A DNA stretch of 64,000 nt, taken from an uncultured Verrucomicrobiae bacterium (lineage in GTDB: Bacteria; Verrucomicrobiota; Verrucomicrobiia; Opitutales; JABDGR01). Positions 49,387 through 59,539 of the stretch are shown here, piece by piece (position 1 is the stretch's first letter; each line of letters starts with the position of its first letter). A model generated the notes under the pieces. That model ran no database searches. It was not told the origin of the DNA and saw only the letters and a program-made list of their open reading frames with translations. Location: NCBI GenBank assembly GCA_963765205.1, contig CAVXVB010000009.1, forward strand, positions 800,001 through 864,000, given 5' to 3'. A program made the position numbers and the translations under genes.

Positions 49387-50445
49387 ATGATTCTCGCCCT
49401 TGAAAGCTCGTGCGACGAATCGGCGCTGGCGCTGTTCGACCCCGCGCGCGGCCTCGTCGGCGAATGGGTCCACAGCCAGATCGCGCTGCACCGCGAATAT
49501 GGCGGCGTGGTGCCCGACCTCGCCAGCCGCGAGCACCTTGACCGTTTTCCCGCGCTGCTGGCCCTCGCCGCCCGGCAACCGGAATACGCGCAAGTCACGC
49601 AAATCGCCGTGACGTATGGGCCGGGCCTGGCCGGTTGTCTGGCCCTCGGGCTTGCACTGGGCCAGGCGCTTGCGTTCGCTAAAAATGTGCCCCTCACCGG
49701 TGTTAACCATCTGCGCGGCCATGTCTGGTCGCCGTTCATCACCCTCCACGCGCGCGAGCCGGGCCGCTTTGCGGAAAATATGCGCGCCTTGCTGCCACAC
49801 CTTGGCTTGATTGTCTCCGGCGGCAACACGCTGTTGTTTATTTTGGAGGAAGGCGGGCGCCTGCGCGTCGTCAACCGCACTGTGGACGACGCCGCCGGCG
49901 AGGCGCTCGACAAAGGCGCGAAGTTGCTGGGCCTGCCGTATCCGGGCGGCCCGCTCGTCGAGCAATGGGCTGCGCGGGGCGACGCGCATGCCTACGATTT
50001 TCCGCGCGCGCTCGGGGAGGGGAGTGCCCGCGCGCAGACTCCGTTCAGTTTCTCGGGCCTGAAAACCAGCCTGCGCTACCGCCTCGAAAAAATGACCCCC
50101 GCGCAAATCGAAAACGCCCAAGCGAACCTCTGCGCCAGCTACCAGGCCGCCGTCGTCGGTCAACTCTCCGCCAAAACCGCGGCCGTGCTCGAATCCGACG
50201 ATCCTGATCTCCCGCCTCTGCGCAGCCTCGGCCTCTCCGGCGGCGTGGCCAACAACCAAACCCTCCGCGCCGCGCTGGCCGCGCTCGCCGCAAAACATAA
50301 TCTCCCCCTCCTCGCCGCCGAACCCCGTCACACCGGCGACAACGCCGCCATGATCGCCTTCACCGCCTGGGCCCACCCCGCCCATGTCGTGAATTTTGAT
50401 TCCTCCCACCCCGCTACCTTCGAACCGTCGCTGTCGCTTGAGTGA
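49387..50445 (+). CDS. tsaD: tRNA N6-threonylcarbamoyltransferase
   Basis: ILALESSCDE, GGVVP.LASR.H, VNHLRGH, DDAAGEALDK, SFSGLKT, DNAAMIA. Confidence 0.96.
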   Translation: MILALESSCDESALALFDPARGLVGEWVHSQIALHREYGGVVPDLASREHLDRFPALLALAARQPEYAQVTQIAVTYGPGLAGCLALGLALGQALAFAKNVPLTGVNHLRGHVWSPFITLHAREPGRFAENMRALLPHLGLIVSGGNTLLFILEEGGRLRVVNRTVDDAAGEALDKGAKLLGLPYPGGPLVEQWAARGDAHAYDFPRALGEGSARAQTPFSFSGLKTSLRYRLEKMTPAQIENAQANLCASYQAAVVGQLSAKTAAVLESDDPDLPPLRSLGLSGGVANNQTLRAALAALAAKHNLPLLAAEPRHTGDNAAMIAFTAWAHPAHVVNFDSSHPATFEPSLSLE

Positions 50446-50489
50446 GCGGAAGTATGGTGGAAGAATCGAGAAACAGACCAGTTTTGATG

Positions 50490-50666
50490 CTATTTGATCC
50501 TTAAATGTGACAGCAATTCAGTGAACTTAGCGATATGTTTAACCATATCGGCAAATTTAACTTGAATTGCGTCATCATCAAGTCTAACAGACGCTTTATT
50601 AATTCGACTACCGGCTTGCGTCAGTAGATGCTCAATTTCTTCGTAATCTTCAATTTTATTTTTCAT
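50490..50666 (-). CDS. Small AT-rich hypothetical protein (58 aa, below the ORF-track cutoff)
   Basis: Hand translation MKNKIEDYEEIEHLLTQAGSRINKASVRLDDDAIQVKFADMVKHIAKFTELLSHLRIK*. Confidence 0.45.
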   Translation of the reverse strand: MKNKIEDYEEIEHLLTQAGSRINKASVRLDDDAIQVKFADMVKHIAKFTELLSHLRIK

Positions 50667-51009
50667 ATTATTTTTAGGATTTTATATTGTCATACATATC
50701 ATCTAAATTTCTGAAACTAAATCGTGAAATGTTTTTAATTTAAAAGGCATTTGCCGACCCATCGCCTAAATGCCTAACTATCATTCACTTCCATTGGCAC
50801 TTCTGGATTTTATGTTGCGGTGTTGGGTGAGCCGCGTTGCATTTTTATTTAATTTGATTCAAGGACAGGTTAATGCTTGCACTATAATATACTAAAAAAT
50901 CCTCGATTTTCAAGGAAAAAATAAAAAAGGCTCAAAAGAATTAAGGTTTTTAATTACAACCACCACCACGGCCTTCTTTCTAAGCGAGGCGAATTCACTC
51001 AAACTAGGG

Positions 51010-51246
51010 TTAGCTTCTCTCAAAATACTTGTCTTTGGTAATCAGTTTGACGCCTTTCGCTATGCCATATAATCTCACGAGGCCGGGATCGGTGCGCCTC
51101 AACTCCATTAACCAGACGATCTCCGATTCCTTTTCGGGATTCTTCACCAACGGTTTAGACGCGCTCGTTTTCCGCTTCCGCGCCCGATGTTTGGCTCGGT
51201 GGATCGTTTTATCCGAAGCGTTAAGCCGCAACTTCATGGGCTTCAT
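51010..51246 (-). CDS. Small basic protein resembling a degenerate RHH-type antitoxin
   Basis: MKLRLNASDKTIHRAKHRARKRKTSASK...LYGIAKG pattern. Confidence 0.4.
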   Translation of the reverse strand: MKPMKLRLNASDKTIHRAKHRARKRKTSASKPLVKNPEKESEIVWLMELRRTDPGLVRLYGIAKGVKLITKDKYFERS

Positions 51247-51510
51247 GGTTTCAGATTCATCGGATATCTTCAAGAGGCAATGGCGAGCGTTAGACCATTT
51301 GACAAGAAGCGGTCGGTGGGACGCCGACCGCAGCGACCGGGACGGTCGTGTCCCCGAGGACTGAAGAATCATGCCTATTTTGACCATGCGCCGTTGGCGA
51401 CAACTTTTACTTGACTATCTTACCTAATTGACCAAAGATAAGGCGCAAACACCGCCGAGACAGGGTTTGGCATCGCCTAACCCATTCTCTCCTGTCATTT
51501 TTTTATTTTC

Positions 51511-53264
51511 ATGATAACCGACACCGGCATAGACATCCCGGCGGTCAAAGAACCGTCGAAAAACGAGGGCATCAAGGAGGCCAGCCACTATCTGCGCGGC
51601 ACCATCTTGGAGGGCCTGGCGGACGCGTCCACGGGCGCGGTGTCGGAGGAGGATTCGCAGCTCCTGAAGTTCCACGGCACCTACCTGCAGGACGACCGCG
51701 ACTTGCGCAACGCGCGCCGCAAGGAAAAGCTCGAAAAGGCCTTCATTTTCATGGTGCGCGTGCGCGTGCCGGGCGGGGTCTGCACGCCGCCACAATGGCT
51801 GGAAATTGACCGCATCGCCGGCCAATACGCCAACGGCACCATCAAGCTGAGCACGCGCCAGGCGTTTCAGTTGCACGGCATCCTCAAGGGCAACCTCAAG
51901 GCCTCGATCAAGGAAGTCAACGAGGCGCTGCTTTGCACGCTCGCGGCTTGCGGCGACGTGAACCGCAACGTGATGTGCAACCCAAACCCGCATCTGTCCG
52001 CCATCCACGCGCAGGCGCTCGATTACGCCCTGCAATTGACGCAGCACCTTTCCCCGCGCACGCCCGCCTACCACGAAATTTGGCTCGATAAGGAACGCGT
52101 GGCCGGCGGCGACACCGGCGGCGAGGACGACGCGTCCGACCCGGTCGAGCCGATTTACGGCAAGCATTATCTCCCGCGCAAATTCAAAATCGCCATCGCC
52201 ATCCCGCCGGACAACGACGTGGATATTTTCGCGAACGATCTTGGCTTCATCGCCATTGTCGAGGAGGGGCGGCTCGCGGGCTTTAATGTCACGGTGGGCG
52301 GCGGCATGGGCATGTCGCACAACAACAAGGCGACGTATCCGCGCCTGGCCGACGTATGGGTTTTTGCACGCCCGCGCAAATCGTGGACGTTGCGGAGAAA
52401 GTCGTGCTCGTCCAGCGCGACTTTGGCGACCGCTCCGACCGCAAGCACGCGCGCCTCAAATACACCATTCAGGATCGCGGGCTGGACTGGTTCCGCGGCG
52501 AGGTCGAAGCGCGCCTCGGCTACAAATTGGAAACCGCGCGGCCCTTCACCTTCACCGACAATGGCGACCGCTACGGATGGACGGACGGCGTGGACGGCAA
52601 CCAGCATCTAACGTTGTTCATCGAAGGCGGCCGTGTGCGAGGCCGGCAGCGGGACGGCCTGCGCGAGATCGCCAAAATCCACCGCGGCGATTTCCGGCTC
52701 ACGGGGAACCAAAACCTCATCATCGGCGCCGTCGCCCCGTCCGAACGTCCGCGCATCGAGGCACTGCTCCAGGAATACGGTCTCGATCAAACCTGGCAGA
52801 ATATCACGGGCCTGCGGCGCGGCGGCCTCGCCTGCGTCGCGTTGCCGACCTGCGGGCTGGCGCTCGCCGAAAGCGAACGCAATTTGCCGAATCTGGTGGA
52901 CGAGCTGGAAAAAGTCATCCGCGCCGCCGGGCTGGCCGAGCAGTCCATCCACATCCGCTCGAGCGGCTGCCCGAACGGCTGCGCGCGCCCCTACCTGGGT
53001 GAAATCGGCCTCGTTGGCAAAGTGCCGGGCAAATACAATTTATACCTCGGCGCGGCGCACAACGGCTCGCGGCTGAACAAACTTTACAAGGAAGCGATCA
53101 CCAACGAACAAATCGTGGTGGAACTGACGCCCATCATCCAGCGCTACGCGGCCGAGCGCCATCCCGGCGAGAGCTTTGGCGACTTCGTCATCCGCGCGGG
53201 CTACGTCAAGGCCGTCACTTCCGGCGCGGTGGATTTCCATCACGACGCCGAGTGGCAAATTTAA
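51511..53264 (+). CDS. cysI: Sulfite reductase hemoprotein subunit, frameshifted near 52355
   Basis: [37 protein letters not shown]; second frame has [14 protein letters not shown] and SGCPNGC. Confidence 0.92.
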
Positions 53265-53298
53265 TCTCGACCGCGCGCTTGGTCTGTATCGACGCGCC

Positions 53299-53604
53299 TC
53301 AGTTCTGCTCCATCTGCTGTTGCAGCGACCAGTGGATGTTTTCCAGCAGACTGCAAAAGTGGTGGCATTGGCCATCCCACGTCTCCGCGTCGGAGCCCGC
53401 GCGCCGGTATTCAATCTCCTGGCTGAGTTGAAACAGCTTGGGCAGGCCGAGCAGGCCCAGCGTATTGCGCAATTCGCCCGCGAGGCCGCGCACGGCGGAC
53501 TCATCGCTCCGGTGCAAGGCGGCTCGCAATTGCGGCACCCGGGCGCTCATGGCGCCGAGGCAGAGTTGGAACACAAACCGGTCTTTGGCAGCAGGGGGTC
53601 TCAT
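53299..53604 (-). CDS. Hpt-like helical protein apparently lacking the phospho-acceptor His
   Basis: LRAALHRSDESAVRGLAGELRNTLGLLG..L..LSQEIE resembles the Hpt AH.LKG..G pattern. Confidence 0.55.
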   Translation of the reverse strand: MRPPAAKDRFVFQLCLGAMSARVPQLRAALHRSDESAVRGLAGELRNTLGLLGLPKLFQLSQEIEYRRAGSDAETWDGQCHHFCSLLENIHWSLQQQMEQN

Positions 53605-53653
53605 GGCAGGGTTGAGTTAGGGAAGGAGGGCAGTTGGTCGGTGTTTTGAATAT

Positions 53654-54319
53654 TTACGCCGCGGCCGCAGCGGATTGATTCGTGGCGGCAAAGCGGGTGG
53701 CATGCGCGGCTGGCAGGCGAAATTCAAAATGCGCGCCACCTTCGCAGCGGTTGCGCATCCCGATTTTGCCGTGGTGGGTTGCGATAATTTGCCGGCTCAA
53801 GACCAGCCCGCGATCGGCCCCGGCGTCATCCGCGTCCAGGAGGCTAAAAAAGTGCTCTTCGTCTTCGAACAGTTCATTTTGCTCATCAAGCGGCACACCC
53901 GGGCCTTCGTCATCCACCCAGAGGCGCACCACGCCGTTTGCGCAGCACGCGCCCAAGGTGATGGTGCTGCCCGCCGGGGAGTATTTGATGGCATTGGAAA
54001 GCAGGTTTTCCAGCACGCGCTGGATGCGGACTTCGTCGCACTCGGCGAGCAGGGCCGAGGCGGGCATCTCCACTTTCAGGGTGATTTGTTTGTGGGCGGC
54101 AATCGGTTGAAAGATCCACTCCGCCAGGCGCACTATTGAGGCCAAATCTTTTTTGGAGAATGGCTGGGTCTTGCGCCACGGGCTGTTTGTTGAAGTGGCC
54201 GGGCGACTGGCAGGCTTGGCTGGGCTGCTGGCTCCGAGGAGCTGCGGCGCAGCGACAAATTCGCGCTGCGTGCGGATGAACAGGTGCTGGAAGGCGTTGG
54301 TGAGTGAGGTGGCATTCAT
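53654..54319 (-). CDS. Stand-alone HATPase_c (histidine kinase-like ATPase) protein
   Basis: RVLENLLSNAIKYSP, VDDEGPGVP, HHGKI, GAHFEFRLP; no recognisable H-box. Confidence 0.85.
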   Translation of the reverse strand: MNATSLTNAFQHLFIRTQREFVAAPQLLGASSPAKPASRPATSTNSPWRKTQPFSKKDLASIVRLAEWIFQPIAAHKQITLKVEMPASALLAECDEVRIQRVLENLLSNAIKYSPAGSTITLGACCANGVVRLWVDDEGPGVPLDEQNELFEDEEHFFSLLDADDAGADRGLVLSRQIIATHHGKIGMRNRCEGGAHFEFRLPAAHATRFAATNQSAAAAA

Positions 54320-54539
54320 GGTTCCTCATCTTCGCCCAACCCGGGGAATTCGCCCATTGGGAAAAACCCGGAACGGGTGGGGGTGTTATCGGGTAAATGC
54401 CTCCGGGGAATCCTGTAGGGAGGCGCCGAAAACCTCCTGATTCTCCCTCGGAAACAGCGTTTTCAGGCCGTCCTGGGTGCTTTGATCAAAAATTTCTGAA
54501 TTTATCGCCGTCGCTTCCCTGGCTGGTCTCGAACACTCC

Positions 54540-55772
54540 CTACTGCTCTGCATTTCGATGCCGCATCACTGCATGACGCACCGCTGCGGCGAGCGCCGCG
54601 GCATTGCGCGCGGCGTCAAAGTTTTCCACCACCCAGGCATGGGCGCGCCGACGGATGGCTTCGGTTGCCTCTCCGTCGCGGATCGCGTGCAAAATCGCGT
54701 CGTGCCAGCTCTCCCAATCATCCAATGCAGCGACAAAACCTGTTTGCCCGTGAATCACCGCCTCCATCGCTCCGGGCATGGGACTGGTGATAACCGGCAC
54801 CCCCGCGACCATCGCTTCGGGGATGACATTCGGCAGGCCGTCCCGGTCGCCGTCCGGTGCGACGATGCCCGTGAATAAAAACACGTCCGCCCACTCGCGC
54901 TGGAGTTTCGCCACTTCGCCATAGGCCAGCGCGCCAGTGATGTGGGTGCAATCTTCCAGGTCGAGTTCACGCGCGCACGCGCGCAGGTTGCGCTCGAGCG
55001 GGCCGCCGCCAATAATGCGGCACTCGAAGGTGATTCCACTCGCGCGCAAATACCGCAGCACCCGCAGCAATTCTGGAAATCCCTTTTTGGGGATGAGCCG
55101 CCCGATGGCGAGCAAATGCAAAACCCGGCCTGGCGCGCGCCGTGGCGGTAGCGGTGGGATTTCACCGAGGCCGCGGCGAATTAAAACAATGTGCGAAGCG
55201 TTGGCCCCGCGATCAAGGAGGCGCGCGCGCGTTGCCAAGGTCGTCGTGTGGATCAGGCGCGCGTCGCGCAGCTTTTCTTCGAGCAGCCAGTCACCGCCGT
55301 GCTGAAACACATCGAAGGCGTGCGCACCCATGGTGTAGGGAACGCCCAGGAGGCGTTCGAGCATCCACCCGGCAGCGGCGGGCGTCGTGGCCCAGACGGC
55401 ATGGCACAAATGCAGGCGCTGCGCGAGCATCTCAAATCGCCGCGAGTAAACCAGCGCAAACCCCAAACCGAGCAAATTTTCCCCGGCGTTCAGCCCCGAT
55501 GGTGGCGGCCGGCGGGTGAGGGCGGTGGCGATTTCGAGCAGCACGCGTGGTCGCCGCCACAACCAGTAAGGCAACCACCAAAACAGGCTCAGCAATTCCC
55601 GCAAATCAAAGCGTTCAACGGCCAAGCCCTCCCATTGTTCCGCGCCGCCCCAGAGCGAGTGGAGCGTGAAATCCACGGGCTGCGCGCGCATGGCCCGCAC
55701 CTCGCGCTGCAAAAAAGTCTCCGACGCCTCGGGAAAGGTCGTGAACAGGTAAGCAAGGCGCAGGCGGGACAT
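54540..55772 (-). CDS. Glycosyltransferase family 4
   Basis: FP..SETFLQRE, IGRLIPKKG, DRDGLPNVIPEAM. Confidence 0.92.
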   Translation of the reverse strand: MSRLRLAYLFTTFPEASETFLQREVRAMRAQPVDFTLHSLWGGAEQWEGLAVERFDLRELLSLFWWLPYWLWRRPRVLLEIATALTRRPPPSGLNAGENLLGLGFALVYSRRFEMLAQRLHLCHAVWATTPAAAGWMLERLLGVPYTMGAHAFDVFQHGGDWLLEEKLRDARLIHTTTLATRARLLDRGANASHIVLIRRGLGEIPPLPPRRAPGRVLHLLAIGRLIPKKGFPELLRVLRYLRASGITFECRIIGGGPLERNLRACARELDLEDCTHITGALAYGEVAKLQREWADVFLFTGIVAPDGDRDGLPNVIPEAMVAGVPVITSPMPGAMEAVIHGQTGFVAALDDWESWHDAILHAIRDGEATEAIRRRAHAWVVENFDAARNAAALAAAVRHAVMRHRNAEQ

Positions 55773-55895
55773 GAGGAAGGCGGGAGGTGGAAGGTGGAAT
55801 AAAAGTTGAGTTTATTGGGTCGGGGAGGGGCAATCAAATGCCGGATTGAGTCTGGATATTAATAAAACGTATTTAACCCCAATGGACTCTGTCTT

Positions 55896-57158
55896 TTACA
55901 TTGCTTTTAGCACCAGCGCCACGTTGGCGCCGCCGAACCCGCTGCTGTTGCTCAGGGCGACGCGCGGGCCTTGATCGAGATTGGCGCGGATGATGTTCAG
56001 GCCAGTGGCTTCGGGGTCGAGGATATGAATGTGCGCCGAGCCGGGGGTGAAGCCGTGCTTGATGGCCGCTGCGCAGATGACCGCCTCCAGAATGCTCGCC
56101 AGTGACAGTCCGTGGCCGGTCAGCGCCTTGGTCGAACTGATGGCGGGGCCATGGCCAGAATTAACGCCAAACACGGTTTTGAGCGCGCGCAGTTCGGAAA
56201 GGTCGCCGATGGGGGTAGAAGTGGCGTGGGCGTTGATATAATCCACATCGCCCGGTTGCAAGCCCGCCCGCCGTAGCGCGAGGCGCATGGCTTGCGCCAA
56301 GCCGCTGCCCTCGGGATGCGAAATCGCGACATTGTGGCCGTCGGACGCCATGCCCCAGCCGGGCATCTCGCAATAAATTTCCGCACCGCGCCGCTTCGCC
56401 TCTTCCTCAGTTTCAAGCACCATCGCGCACGCCCCGCCCGCGCCGACAAAGCCGTCGCGATCTTTATCGAAGGGCCGCGACGCGGTGTTCGGATCCGGGT
56501 TCAAGCTCAAGGCACGCATACCGGCAAAGGGCAAAATTGTCTCCAAATTTCCATCTTCACCTCCGACGACGAGCATCCGCTTCTGGCGGCCGGCGGCCAC
56601 TTCCTCCCACGCAAAGCCCAGCGCGTGCCCGGACGACGCGCAGGCCGACGCAAACCCGCACGACGAGCCCAGCACCTTGAACGCCGCGACCAGATTGAAA
56701 CTGAGCGTGCCGACCACCGACGCGACAATGCCCAGCGGTGAACAACGCATGACCCCGTGCTTTTCCAAGCGTGTCAAATTATGATGCAACATCAGCGTCG
56801 AACCCGCCGAGGCCGTGAACAACCCAGTATCCGGGTTGGAAACATCACCCGGCGCGAGCTTGGCGTCGGCGATGGCCTGCGTTAGCGCGCAATATCCATA
56901 GAGCACATGCGGCGCGAAGCCACGCAGGGTCTCGCGCCGGATTTTATAAAGGTCGGGAAAAGTCCAGTCCTCGGGGTCGGGAGACTCCACAGCGAAATCC
57001 TTGACCAACCCGGCCACCCGCACCGGGATATTCGGCGCGTCAAAACGCGGATACAACGACAAGCCGTGGCGCAGGTGGCGCAGACTGTCCACCACCGCCG
57101 CCTGGTCGTTGCCAATCGGGCAGATAAAGCCGAGGCCGGTGATGACTACCTTGGGCAT
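55896..57158 (-). CDS. Beta-ketoacyl-ACP synthase (FabB/FabF family)
   Basis: VVITGLG, SACASSG, INAHATST, STKALTGH, SNSSGFGG. Confidence 0.95.
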   Translation of the reverse strand: MPKVVITGLGFICPIGNDQAAVVDSLRHLRHGLSLYPRFDAPNIPVRVAGLVKDFAVESPDPEDWTFPDLYKIRRETLRGFAPHVLYGYCALTQAIADAKLAPGDVSNPDTGLFTASAGSTLMLHHNLTRLEKHGVMRCSPLGIVASVVGTLSFNLVAAFKVLGSSCGFASACASSGHALGFAWEEVAAGRQKRMLVVGGEDGNLETILPFAGMRALSLNPDPNTASRPFDKDRDGFVGAGGACAMVLETEEEAKRRGAEIYCEMPGWGMASDGHNVAISHPEGSGLAQAMRLALRRAGLQPGDVDYINAHATSTPIGDLSELRALKTVFGVNSGHGPAISSTKALTGHGLSLASILEAVICAAAIKHGFTPGSAHIHILDPEATGLNIIRANLDQGPRVALSNSSGFGGANVALVLKAM

Positions 57159-57220
57159 GAAGACCCGACCGTAGCAGGCAAAAGGCAAAATGGAAAATGG
57201 AAAATCGGCTCTCCCGCCAG

Positions 57221-58186
57221 TTACAAATGCCGTGTTCCCAGCTGCGCGCCGCCAACTGGCGGGGTAAGTTCGCGTTCAGAAGGCAGAGTGGGGGACGCCA
57301 CTTCGGTTGGGCGATGGACCTGTCCGTCGCCATTTGTCTGTGGCGCAGCCGCTTCCTCTGGCAACACGTAATCGAAGGTCAGGCAAATTTCTTCGGCAAA
57401 GGCGACCTTCTCCGTGCCGCAGGTGATGTGACCCTCGAAAAGGCCGAGGGGGTGCTTGATGCGCTTGGGCTTGACCACGAGGGTAAGCAGGTCGCCCGGC
57501 TTGCACACGCGCTGGCAGCGCACGCCGTCACAGGCTGTGAAGAATATTCGCGTGGGCGACACCGGGGCGGTCAACTCCGCCCGCTTGGTCTTGAGCAAGA
57601 ACAAGACCGCGAGCTGCCCGAGCGCCTCGAGCATGATCGAGGCCGGCAACACCGGGTTGTTCTTGAAATGGCCTTCGAGGAAAAATTCGTCGCCGGCGAT
57701 CTTATAAACACCCCGCGCCTCGTCCGAGCGCAGCGTGGCCTCCTGCACGAACAGGAACGGCGGCTGCTGCGGCATGAGCGCCATGATTTCCGCGACGTGG
57801 ACATGCACCGGTCGTTCCGGCAGCGGCAGGCCGCGGATGCGGCAGTCAATGTAGGTCTTCACGTCGCCAATGGTGCGTAGATCACGCAACTCATCGTTGT
57901 TTATTTTGATTTGCAGCACGTCCTCGACGAGCATCACAACCTCTACCATGGTTAGGGAGTCAATTCCCAAGTCGTCGAAAATACGCAAACCGTCACCCCC
58001 GCCATGCAGGCGTGGGCGCACCTCGGGGTCGAGGAACCGCTCAATGATGCCGAGGATGACCACACTGACGCCCTCCGGGGCGCCCGTGGCGCGGTAGTGC
58101 AACGCGCCCCGCACGGTTTCCGGCGAGCAACGCTTAAGTTGCTCGCGCAGGTCTTGTTCGGCTTCGGGAGTAAGTGGGTTGGGCAC
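57221..58186 (-). CDS. Acyl carrier protein fused to a FabZ-like hydroxyacyl-ACP dehydratase
   Basis: LGIDSLTMVE phosphopantetheine site; PQQPPFLFV, FLEGHFKNNPVLPASIMLEALGQ. Confidence 0.9.
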   Translation of the reverse strand: MPNPLTPEAEQDLREQLKRCSPETVRGALHYRATGAPEGVSVVILGIIERFLDPEVRPRLHGGGDGLRIFDDLGIDSLTMVEVVMLVEDVLQIKINNDELRDLRTIGDVKTYIDCRIRGLPLPERPVHVHVAEIMALMPQQPPFLFVQEATLRSDEARGVYKIAGDEFFLEGHFKNNPVLPASIMLEALGQLAVLFLLKTKRAELTAPVSPTRIFFTACDGVRCQRVCKPGDLLTLVVKPKRIKHPLGLFEGHITCGTEKVAFAEEICLTFDYVLPEEAAAPQTNGDGQVHRPTEVASPTLPSERELTPPVGGAQLGTRHL

Positions 58187-58308
58187 GGGAACCGCCGATA
58201 ATATGAAAAAAAAGACGGTTGGAAAATGTAAAAATTAACCTTTTTACCGCCAGAGTTCAATTCTAGCCTTGCTTTTCACCCACCGAATCACGACATTTGT
58301 GCCCAGCC

Positions 58309-58941
58309 ATGTCCCGTTTGTTTGCCTCCGCGAAAACCCTGGTCTCGAGTCCGCCCGAACATGCGGCCGAGGCCAGTGTGGATTGGGCTCTGGTGCAACG
58401 CGTGCAAGCGGGCGATGTGCGCGCTTTTGACGTGCTCATTCAGAAATACCGCGAGCGCCTGTTTGCGATAATCTACAACCTCACCGCCAACCGCGAAGAC
58501 GCCTCGGATCTCGCGCAAGAAGCCTTCATCCGAGCCTTCCGCTCCATCCAGCGTTTCAAAGGCGATTCCTCCTTTTTTACCTGGCTCTACCGCATTGCCG
58601 TCAACGCCTCCCTGACCCACCTCAAGCGCACGCGGATGCGCCGCTTTTTCAGCTTCGAAACCCTCAGCGAGGAAGTCTCCCAAAGCGAATTGGCCGAAAT
58701 CCTGGCGGACAAGCTCCATGCCGACAAACCCACGCTCATCAAGGAGTTGCAGGAAAAATTGAACGAAGCGCTCCAACGCTTGTCTCTTAATCATCGCACC
58801 GTGGTGATTCTCTTTGAAATAGAAGGCCTGAGTCACCAGGAAATCGCCCAAGTCATGGACTGTTCCGAGGGCACCGTGCGCTCCCGCCTCCACTACGCCA
58901 AACAACAACTGCAATCCTATTTACAAGACTACCTGCGCTGA
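58309..58941 (+). CDS. ECF RNA polymerase sigma factor (RpoE-like)
   Basis: DLAQEAFIRAF, FFTWLYRIAVN, EIAQVMDCSEGTVRSRL. Confidence 0.95.
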   Translation: MSRLFASAKTLVSSPPEHAAEASVDWALVQRVQAGDVRAFDVLIQKYRERLFAIIYNLTANREDASDLAQEAFIRAFRSIQRFKGDSSFFTWLYRIAVNASLTHLKRTRMRRFFSFETLSEEVSQSELAEILADKLHADKPTLIKELQEKLNEALQRLSLNHRTVVILFEIEGLSHQEIAQVMDCSEGTVRSRLHYAKQQLQSYLQDYLR

Positions 58942-58966
58942 CTCCCGCGTCTGCGGGAACTTCGCC

Positions 58967-59536
58967 ATGCCGGAACCCACCCCAACACCGCGTAAAATTA
59001 CGCTCGAAGAACTGCTGCGCCTGAAGCGTCTTGAACGCCCGGGGCCGGAGTATTGGATGCGCTTCGACCGTGAACTCAATGAAAAGGTTTGGCGCGCTCT
59101 CACGCAACCGGTTCCGCGCACGGACTGGCTGGCGGCGTTCTGGGGCCGTCGCACCCGCTGGCTCGCGGCGGGCGCAGCCTCCCTTATGGCAGTCTTCTTC
59201 TCCTGGTCTGGGCGCATCGGCACTCCTATAATCGTTGCGCACCAGCCGGCCGCTGCTCAAATTGCGGCTAATGAAGTTTCCCTGGCGCCGTCTCCAACTC
59301 CCAGCGAGCCGGTGCATGTGGCCTCCGTTTTGCCTGCACCGATAAAGGCTGATGTTGTGCCAGTGGATGCGCCTTCCCAGTATGCCGTTTCAACGCTCGA
59401 CCCCTCAGTGAATCCTGCCAATGCAAAAATCCCGGCGAAAGTGGTTTTTACCGCCGAGCGCCCCAACGGCGAACGGTATGCTTCAGACGCTCTTTACACC
59501 GCCTCCGGCGCTGCTTGGCGCGAGTCGGCCTATTAA
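58967..59536 (+). CDS. Probable membrane anti-sigma factor
   Basis: Single TM segment, located between the ECF sigma and the HtrA-like gene. Confidence 0.6.
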   Translation: MPEPTPTPRKITLEELLRLKRLERPGPEYWMRFDRELNEKVWRALTQPVPRTDWLAAFWGRRTRWLAAGAASLMAVFFSWSGRIGTPIIVAHQPAAAQIAANEVSLAPSPTPSEPVHVASVLPAPIKADVVPVDAPSQYAVSTLDPSVNPANAKIPAKVVFTAERPNGERYASDALYTASGAAWRESAY

Positions 59537-59539
59537 CCA

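Noticed and set aside
3490..52360. Frameshifts in the pilin-like gene (~3498), relaxase (~22100), nuoC (~32283) and cysI (~52355) as programmed frameshifting or phase variation
   Set aside because: These are single-base indels, mostly in very short runs, in otherwise intact genes including core nuoC, with no slippery heptamer or long repeat tract. Sequencing or assembly error is more likely; check the reads.
58291..58302. CGACATTTGTGC upstream of the ECF sigma as a member of the island operator family
   Set aside because: A single 10/12 match outside the island is compatible with chance
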